DNA of 60,416 nt, counting the filler, from Collodictyon triciliatum (taxonomy: Eukaryota): NCBI GenBank assembly GCA_043381765.1. It is 4 parts of 4 records of this genome, joined end to end, with 100 filler letters (N's around TTAATTAATTAA, not from the genome) between each part and the next. Parts side by side here need not be neighbours in the genome. Positions count along the whole stretch, not along the records: positions 45,393 to 60,416 come from JBHJMP010001738.1; 3 more parts are not named here. One strand, written 5' to 3'. Numbering within the stretch: the stretch's first letter is position 1; the number at the start of each line of letters is the position of its first letter. Below are positions 51,019 to 60,416 of the stretch, in pieces. Below the pieces are notes generated by a model, which made no database searches, had not been told where the DNA came from, and worked only from the letters and a program-made list of their open reading frames with translations. A program made the translations under genes and the position numbers.

Positions 51019-52999
51019 CTACAGCGGTGACAGTTGTAAAGGCTTCACATATCATAATGTCGGTTTTCATTACCCCATCACAATTGCATATCAGGAGGGA
51101 AAGACACGGCATACAAATCATAAAAAAAAAAAAAAGAAAGAGAGAGAGAGAAAGAGAACGAACTTCAATGATGTCAACATCGGCGTATTGTGATGCGTGC
51201 TTCTTGCAGAAGATGACTGGGATGGCGCCGGTCTGTTTCAGTCTCCGAAAAGCACAATCAGCAATGGCACATGAGCCTGCATTTGGATTCGTTGCATTGA
51301 CGCTCAGCTTGATGGAGGTCAAGTCGATATTGGATGTCTTTGGTCTAGAGTTTGTGTCCTGTTGGGACTGCTCAGGTTTTGGGATGGTGGTTGCGGTTGC
51401 TGTGGTTGCGTGTGCCCTTGGAGAAGAAATCTGAGGCTGGGAAATAGAAGGTGCGGATGACTGTGATGGCAGAGAAGGCAGATGTGCCCGAGGAGAGAGC
51501 GCTGTTGTGGAATTGGACTTCGTCATGGTTGGCTGTGCGAAGGAAGATTTGGGGGTGAAGTTGGAGGTTGGTGTCGATGCCAAAACAGATTCAGCTTTTG
51601 GCCTGCTTCCTTCAAGTCTCTGGATTGTTGGATTGGAGGAAAATGGGCTTTTGCATAGGATGTTGTCTGTCCGTGTGGGGACGTTGGAGCCAGTCGGAAC
51701 AAGACTGGGTGAATTGCTGACAGGTGGTATGTGTCCTGATGGTTGAAGATATTTCTGAAGAAGCGAGCTTGTAGTTACAGATTGAGTTGATTTGGGAGCG
51801 GGCACGAGTGGGGAAGCATTCGCGGATTGTGGCAAAGTCACCAGAATGTCTATCACTCCAGCCTTTTCGAATGCGCTTTTGAGACGAGGTTGTTTCATGA
51901 TTTCGAGTTGTTTGTCAATAGGTTGGCTGTCGGACGACAAGAGGACCTGATAACGTGCACGTTCGGAAATGGGAATCTCTTTCAAGCTTTCAAAGATGTC
52001 TTCAATTAGCTCAGAACCTTTCGAGATACCTTTGTCATGAAAACAGAATCAACATTCTTGGATTATGATAACTAATAGCCACACAATCCAAGCAGTTTTG
52101 TATTTTTTAACGAAAAAAAAAAGGGGACAAATTGTTTTACATGTTTATGCTGATATAAGCAAATTTTTTAGATAAGGAGCAGAAAGTATACCATCAACAA
52201 GAAGAGTGCGCGATGAAGGTTTGCCAGAAAGATGGATACGTACCGTGACAGAAATAGAAACCGATTTTTCCTGCAGAAAAGAGGGAATGAGGAAGAATGA
52301 ACAAGAAAAAAAATATTCAGCCAGTTAAAGACTCCACAATATGCAATTAGTTTTTAGACGAACCAAACCTTTGGAGCAGGCATTACCGGGCGAGAAGGAA
52401 TAGATGATGTGACATGAATCACATAATTTGCAGGGAAGAGGCCGCATCTAATGAATTGAAAACTAAGTACTTAGAGGTTTGTAAATGAATTGATAAATTA
52501 TAAATCAAAGAATAGGTAAAGCATGAGAGAATTTAAAAGAATCAAGACGCAGAAATTAACAAGTCAATCATTTGAATATTTGAATATTTGAAGAAAATGA
52601 AATGGTGAACATAAAGGTAATGAAATATGACTTCAACATACTGCTTATCTATTCGACTCTATATAATTGAACTTTTTTTGAATATAGTATCACTTTATAC
52701 TAAAATAAGAGAAGAAAAGGGAAGAAAGGAAAGGAACGAAAGTGGGTAAATGAGGGTAAAAAATGAACACACTTTCCTCGCAGCTCGCCCTGCCACCATT
52801 CCGGATGGATTTTCTCCACCTTCTGTACTACGTCGCCTTCTTTAAGGGTCAGCTCGTCTGTGTCTCTGGCAACGTAGTCCCACATGGCCTTCACTTGAAC
52901 ATTGGCAACCGGCCGTCCGCTGTTTGCAACTCCACTTTTATACTCCACATTGTAGTCAACTGCTGTGACGTCTCGCGACTTCCTTCTGAGGTGGCTCAT
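51019..52999 (-). CDS. SH3-domain adaptor: SH3, possible ubiquitin-like fold, Pro/Ser/Thr-rich linker, C-terminal C3H zinc-finger-like motif; 3' end uncertain (51019 or 50876)
   Basis: KAMWDYVARDTDELTLKEGDVV...EWWQGELRG|...GLFPANYV is a canonical SH3; C-terminal CAIADC-x14-CKKH. Confidence 0.8.
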
Positions 53000-53625
53000 T
53001 TCCTTTGGCCTGAAAGCAAACACCAAAACTAAACTCAATAAAACAAGACTGAAACAAAGCAATAGAAAAATCGTGATGTCAACCCCATTTTCCTGCCGAT
53101 ACCAACAACCTTTTCACCTAGTTCACCCTTTTATATATATAGTCCTGTGTACAAAAATAATATAAATAATTCCAGTTCTCTGTCGCGTCTCTCTTTTTTC
53201 TTTACACAGAAGGCTAACGAGAGAATGAAAAATAACATGCTTTATATTGTCTTATACGCGACAACTAAATAAAATAGAAAAACAGGTAGAACGTCATGAT
53301 TGTGTCACAGGCACAAAATTCACAGTGTAGAAAGCATCAAATGGAAAAATACACAATGTTCGATTCCGGTTCAGATATTCGTCGTTTTTTTTTCATTTTG
53401 CTAAATCTGCTGCTTAACTGCAAGTCACTTGACAGAACACTCACAAAAATAAAAAAAATAGAAAAAAATAAAAAATTAAAGTAGAGAAGTGAAAGAAGCG
53501 GAAGACTTTCCACAAGGGATTGGATCTCTCCGCACGAACAAAAGCACGTTGACTCCCTCTCTCACAGGCTCTTTCCATTCGATCAATGATCTTATTTTCA
53601 TGATTCCAGCTATTTCTTTTCACGC

Positions 53626-56600
53626 ATGTCCGGTCCGAGCGCTTGTGTTGCTGCGCCGCCTGCTCCAAACCCCGGCTCTTCGCCTGTTCAGCCTGCACCG
53701 CGTAAGATTTCCACGTCCTTTTTGGAGCCGATGCGCGGAGGAGAACACTGGAAAGAGCAGTGGGGCTTGCTTGTTATGCAGCCGGACGGTTCGATGCCCG
53801 ACACGGCCGAAAAGCGTGTGGAATCAGTTGCGTGCTCGCAGTGTCCTATGTTTTTTGTTTTTGTTTTTTTGTTTTTTTGTTTTTTTGTTTTTTATTTTTG
53901 TTTTTTTTTGTTTTTTGTTTTTTTTGACGTTTTTTTGACGTTTTTTTGACGTTTTTTTGACGTTTTTTTGACGTTTTTTGTTTTTGTTTTTGTTTTTTTT
54001 TTGATTTTGATGTTTTTCGTTTTTCGTTTTTCGTTTTTCGTTTTTTGTTTTTTGTTTTTCGTCTTCGTAAATCTGTCAGGCAATATTGTTCTGAGTGCCT
54101 ATATATTTCCTTAATGCACATTCTAATGGCTCTGTAGGGAACGAAAAAGATTGATAACATGCATCACAAGATCGTCTCTTCTGCCTCAGCCTACTATGAA
54201 ATGCAATCAGGTAACCTTTATAATTACCCGTTTGTCCATGAAATCATCCCACTTTTATCTCTATGTATGTATTATTTGTCTATGTATTTCTATTTAAATG
54301 CCAGAATATTCATTGGAGTGTGATTACATCAGATGCGATGGCAAAATCCGAGGCATTTAGTGAATCTATGATCCAATTGGGAATGCATCAGCGACGAACT
54401 GCATTAGGTACTTCACGCCTGTTTTTTTAATGTAGTTATTACTTTAATTATATTTCTAAGAAGAAATACCTTTTTCATGCAAATTGTATTATCAAAGTTT
54501 TATTGGATTTTTTTAAATTATATCCCAAAAGCACAACGGAAATATACAAACTTGAAAGTTTATTTCTGTTTAATTCGCTATTTGGTGCATGAAATAGGAA
54601 GCATGCTCTGTAAATATGGAGGACTTTTAAGAATGCTAGACACTTTCAAGGAGCAAGTGGTAAGAGTCAATTAACAAAAGGAATAATTATTTTTTTAGTG
54701 ATCTAGTTATTTATTTATTTATTTATGTTTGTATAGAAGCCGAATTATTGGACGTTGCTGCTGTCCGCTTATTACTTGATTTAATAATTTTAGTTGCAAG
54801 CTATTAATGAAATGGATATTCCAAAGTTGAATCAAGCCGAGCAAATCATGCATACACAACTTGTTTGTTATTCAAATTCTGGAAAATTCCTATTTCAAAC
54901 CTCGCGTCGTTTATGTATTAGAATCGAGACCTTATTAAATGGATTGCATGAATAGAAATCTATCACTGTTCAAGAATCTGAGACTACTGCTATCAACGAG
55001 GCTGCGAGAGCCGCGGGGAGGTTCGAGGTAATCTGAAGCTCATGCACTTAAACGACATCTTTATTTCAGCTCATCCATTTTTCTTTTTTACTTTTTTCTT
55101 TTTTCTTTTTTCTTATTTCTTATTTCTTTTTAACTCGTAGAATGTCCTTGGGAAAACCCTGCTGAATGCCGTCACCAAACATCTTGAGTACTTTGAATAT
55201 GGGTACACCATGTTCAAAAATCTCGACTCAGAACTTCGTAGACTTCGCGAAGAATGTGAATCTGTGAGTAGAGAATTATACCTTTTTAAAATAAGAAAAT
55301 CACCTTGCCTTTCTTCTTTTTTACAATACAAAGGAATTAATCGCCATAACGGTGCTTTCCTTTTCGCTATTTAAAGAGCCTGATATGTAGATCGAGAGAA
55401 CTCCTCTGGGCCCTCAAATTCGTTCATCCACTTCTCATCGGTTTCCCATCATGACTACAACCCTTCGAAACGACAGGATAAACAGGGTTTTTGGTGCTTC
55501 TCTCAATGAGGTTGTTGGTTCCGAAGCAAACGAAGGGTTACCAATACCTGCGATTGTGCAGAAGTGTGTTGATCACATTTCACTTCATGGTAAGTTTGCA
55601 GAGTTTTGATGAAAGTAAATCCATCTACGATTTTAATAAACAAAAAAAAATACAATATTGTCTTTGCTAAATTAATACACTATCATGACGATGTTATTCA
55701 TCCAATCACTCTTAACATCTGAGGCTCTCAATTGGAGGGGATTTTCCGCCACTCTGGAGCACAGAGTGAAGTTGACCGTTTAAAGCGGATGTTTGAAACA
55801 AAAACAGGTTCTTATTAATTGTTCGGTTTTGTTCGAATTTATTCTATTTCATCTGTAGGTTGCCTTGTGTTAATCTCATGCATTAAACAAAATTATTAAT
55901 TTTTTTTTATTTTTCTTATGTACCTCCCGCATTAAAATTGGCGATGTAAACTTCGCATATGTAACAAAGCCTCTGATATTATTCTATCCGAGCAAGATAA
56001 TGTAAGTGATGTAGCCTCAGTGTTGAAGGCATATTTTAGAGAATTGCCGAATCCATTGATGACATTCGAGCTCTACCTATCGTTTACAGAATGCTCAGGT
56101 GAACAAATGGAAGGGAAAAATATCATCATCACAAAGTCTTTTAAAAGAACTATCAAAATACCTTTATCCAAGATAATAGATGTAACGTATGTTCCTTTGC
56201 AGACATCCTTGACCACAATGCCCGGATTACGAAATTACGAGCCATATTTAAGCTTGTCCCCCGAATTAACAAACTGATTCTTGAGAAACTCTTCTTGTTG
56301 CTGAAGACCATTCATGACAATACATCACAAACGAAGATGACAAGTGCACCTCTTTTTTTTCAAACATATGAATGACACGAGTGTTACCACATGTTTGCCT
56401 TATGTTGACTGGAAATGGCACTACTTTTTAGGTGAAACAATAGCCATCATATTTGCCCCAGTAATTCTACGACCCCTTGAAATACACCAGGTTTTACTTG
56501 AGGAAAATGGCAAAAATATCATTAATTAATATCCAAAATGAAAGTTTTATACACCTACTATAATCCCATATTGATACCGTTAAAAAAATAACATATCACG

Positions 56601-57707
56601 TAATTTTACCTCAGGCGAACGCCATGTCTGACGCTGGCCGCTGTTTTGAGATTATTTCATACATTATACTTAACCATTCCATAATTTTCTTGGTAAATTT
56701 TATTTCATTTCAAAAACACGTTATAAGATGCGCAAACATTTTTTTTGTGAATAATCTACTATTTTAGATATATAAATATATGTTTTTCTCCCTCTCCTTT
56801 ATTCGATTCAAAATGATTTATGAATATATGTTAATGAACCTAAAATCTTGGTCAAAGTGTTCATATAATACTTTTACATTATGATGTAATATAAATTCTA
56901 TGTTGACTCTTTTTATTTTATTTTACAAGAAATGCATACTTTTAAACATATTTCTAATCTATAGCCTGAATCTGATATTGTTTACCTTCAAGAATCGGGT
57001 CGCCTCTTGTCTCGCTCTGGTAAACTTAGACAATTTATGTCGATGCTCTCTTTTGCTCTATGTATATATGGTAAATTGTGGTTTCGTCATCTCCATATGA
57101 ATCCCAAAGAAATGTGTGTTTCATATCAAAACCAAGCACACAAAAAGATACTCCCTGACGCACCTTTAAATCCGCTTTGCGACCAGACCACGAGTCCAAT
57201 CAACAGGCAGCTGCTGTGAACCTACCCAAGCCTCGCTCCCACACAGTGGCCATCATGTCCATCCCTGAGGGCCGCATTGTCCCGTCCAGATTTTCACAGG
57301 CGAGCTACTCCTTTGTGGCATCCGCCGCATCCGCCACATCAGCGAATCAATCCTCGCGAGTAAGAGCCTCTACCGCAGCGTACCCGGCGTCATCGTCCTC
57401 TTATCATCTGGACTCCACTGCACAGTCAGCCATATCCCCACAAAACCCTGTTCCAACGCCGTCTCTCACGCGGACACTGTCTGCGAACTACATTCCGAAT
57501 GCCTCGACGCCAGTAGTTTCGGCAACCTCGCCTAATATATCTGTTGTAACCAGTGGGACACAGCCCCCGTTACCCCACATCACTCATTTGCATCATCCTG
57601 CATCAAACACGTCCGTGCTCTCCAGCCAGTCACAAAGTCGCCCCCAAACGCTTCATCAGAGTAGGTCAGGAATATTTTCGTTTTTCTCGAATTTGGGGCT
57701 CTCGTAG
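53626..57707 (+). CDS. RhoGAP with N-terminal BAR-like helical region and Ser/Pro-rich tail; 3' end uncertain
   Basis: VFGASL...IPAIVQKCVDHI...EGIFRHSG (arginine finger)...DVASVLKAYFRELPNPLMTF...KMT..IAIIFAPVILRP; upstream helical exons such as GSMLCKYGGLLRMLDTFKEQ resemble BAR. Confidence 0.88.
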
Positions 57708-57839
57708 AATTCTCCTAGAGTGACAAATAGCCGGCCAAGAAGACTTCTAGTTCAAAAAGAAAACCTTAAACAAAAAAAAATCATTAAGCCCCAAGCTCTT
57801 TTATTGGCATCTACGTCGGTAAAAAGAAGGCTTGTTTGT

Positions 57840-60127
57840 TCATCCTGCTTCGTAGTCATCAGCTTCCAAGAAAGAAAATAAAATAAAATGAATCCTTTTA
57901 TGACATATAGATGTGTATGTTAAGATTCGCAGAAAGCCTCTATGGAAATGGCTAGGGTAATATGAATAGAGGCATCAGTTAAGTTGGGGTGTTTATGGTT
58001 GCAATTCCAGCTTATGTAATATGTTTTTGCGAATTACGAATGGCAGGTGTTTGTTAGATGAGTAAGAAAAATATCATCAGTCTGAAAAGGACTCTGGCGA
58101 GGTCAGACCGTGTGAAGAGGCTAGAGTGCATATGCATTTAAGATTATTCACGGTTATTCATTTGTAATATAAATAAAAATGGCTGCGTGATTGAGGTATA
58201 TTAATCCTTATTTCTCTAGGACCTAACCGTTCACGGATTGATATTAAAATGGCTCTATGTCGCGTTATTAAATGTGATTAGTTGATAGAGGTAGAAAATT
58301 ACATTCACCGTTTTTCTGTAGTCTTTGTCTTCTTGCTATCTCTTTTTGTTCGTTCTCCAACTTGAGCTGTTGTAGTTTGGCTTCCAGCTCCTTTTTCTCT
58401 TGCAAACGCTTGGCCTCTTTCTCCTGTTTCCTGGCTGATTCCTCCTTTTCCTCCTTCATATTTACATGAACCCATATTGGAGTCTCGGTTAATCACTCAT
58501 CGATTCATATATTCCGATGATTTACGTTAGAGTGATACTTTTTCTCCTTATGATTAAATGCAATCAAAATTCTCAAAAAAAAAATGGGTTTATCGATGGT
58601 ATCTGAAAAAATTCATTTGATGGGAACCTCGGCTGGCCCGTAGGCAGTTTGCTCAAGCTTTGACACAATATCCTGGCCCTTCTGCCGAAAATATACAGTG
58701 GCTATGAACTTCGCATGTTGCACAGATTTGGATAGCTCTTCTATTCTGACGCTATTTAAGTATAGAATAGGTTGAAAAAAGAAAATAAAAAATCACCTAA
58801 GATGAAAAATTCGAAATGAGAGTGAAGAAAATGAAAGTAAGAAAGGCATATTATAACTTTAATAGCATCCACGGCTAATTATTGACTAATCGAACAGATA
58901 ATAACTGTGGGCGTATTTCTTGAATATATTATTAAAAAAAAACTGTCGAAAGTGAATATAGGAACAAGACCGTAGATTATCACCGGTACGGGCCAATAAC
59001 TCTTGGAACTCCTTCTCTGCTTTCTTATATTGCTCTGTCGAACGAATATTGTCATATCCGTGGTCCATGGCTACTGACATTTCCTTTGCAGCTTCGATGG
59101 CTCCGAGACTGGCCAAGGCTGCTTTGCGCCTCAGTAGACGACTTCCGGATTCACTCACTGGGGCAACAACCATTTGGTCTGCCGGCATCACCCCATCTAA
59201 AGACTCCATTTCATATCTGGTGACTCGGTAGGCCTCAGCAGAAGTGGATTCGCCATAGAGGTTTCCACTCGCCTGCTGACTGAAAAGAGCATCGACAGAT
59301 TCTATGGGTTGTGCTTCCAAAAGTGCGGCATCTATCATTTCATTTCATTTCGAATAAAGAATGTATTGAATAAACAAAAAATATTCAACAATTAAAATGC
59401 CTCCGTATTTTGGAATCTGATGACGTGAACATCTTGCGGTTGATTTAAAAAAAAAGAAGCTTTCTATTGATATACCTGAAGTATCCCCAGATGAAGCTGT
59501 CACATCTTTGGACACTAATGATGCTTGAAACTCGAGATATTTTTCTTTCGTCAGGTCAAATGCAGTTGAGAACGCCATCAACTGAGGTAAGTCATCGACA
59601 AAAATTTGTCCTGTTACCCATAAGTATATAAAAAAAGATACGGAAGGTAAGACATAATTGTGGATGCAGAATTAGATAAAAGTTCAACTGCATAACTATG
59701 GAGCGAAGTAGATAAGCATTAAAACTGTATTGTCGAATTTACGGCAAGAGATTGGTGTTTGTGCAATTCGATTCAAGAACGAAAAAATAATTATATATAC
59801 AGCAAGGGAGACTAAATACTCACCCATCATCAACACCACCATGGGATCAAGTGACCCCGACAGCATCCCAATCATGATATCCTTCTCAGACTTTATATGG
59901 CCTGAGATACGAATATGTATGTATAAATACATCTTCTACATTCTACAAAACTTGCAAGTTGTGTAAAGCGTTTTTAAAATCAAAGGGTATGGAATACATA
60001 GAACAGGTCCGTTGGGTGCTTCGTCGGCTGCCGAAACAAAATCCCCGTTCGCCTCTGTTGGACACACAGTTACATATTTTGATAGTGTATGTCCTGCTGC
60101 GGTATCGGTAAGAACAAAATGAACCTG
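57840..60127 (-). CDS. Protein with SCP2 (sterol-carrier)-like domain followed by helical/coiled-coil region; 5' end outside window, 3' end tentative
   Basis: GHIKSEKDIMIGMLSGSLDPMVVLMMGQIFVDDLPQLMAF resembles the SCP2 pattern (G.L.P..A...G...V.G); later EKEESARKQEKEAKRLQEKKELEAKLQQL coiled coil. Confidence 0.55.
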
Positions 60128-60148
60128 ATTGGTAATAACATTCAAGAT

Positions 60149-60255
<107 letters not shown>

Positions 60256-60416
60256 AACTGTTAGACTTTTATTTTTTTTCCTTTATTCGATTCAAAGAAC
60301 TGTTAGACTTTTATGATAAAAATATGGAGGACGACAAAGAAGAAAAAAAGAAGCTCTGAAGATATGCGCAAAAAGTGCGTTATTTTGCATAGTTTAGTTT
60401 TGTTTTGTTTCTGAAG

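Overview
This is AT-rich, intron-dense eukaryotic nuclear DNA from a flagellated protist: an axonemal dynein p28/DNALI1 and a TSNAXIP1 are present, and the lineage cannot be determined from sequence alone. The window is not contiguous. Four ~15 kb contigs (1-15038, 15139-30166, 30267-45292, 45393-60416) are joined by artificial 100-nt N44-TTAATTAATTAA-N44 spacers. Manual splicing on both strands with the standard code gives about 17 genes: an SDR first exon, TSNAXIP1, a RegA-like receiver-phosphodiesterase, an unknown partial gene, a Hippo/MST-like kinase with a SARAH domain, a myristoylation-motif LRR protein, cytosolic SerRS, an unknown helical protein, a CGRRF1-like RING E3, a Nup42-like protein, DNALI1, cytosolic alpha-mannosidase MAN2C1, an AT-hook protein, 1-Cys peroxiredoxin, an SH3/zinc-finger adaptor, a BAR-RhoGAP and an SCP2-like protein. 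The strongest novelty candidate is the RegA-like gene (6497-13649, minus strand), in which both modules look inactivated. Its receiver has Glu at the phospho-Asp position, its class I PDE fold lacks most metal ligands and the invariant Gln, and it carries a PKA-consensus-rich N-terminus. Splice signals are unusually relaxed, with many AAG acceptors and at least three GC-AG introns fixed by protein conservation. All exon models are manual inferences without RNA data or database searches.
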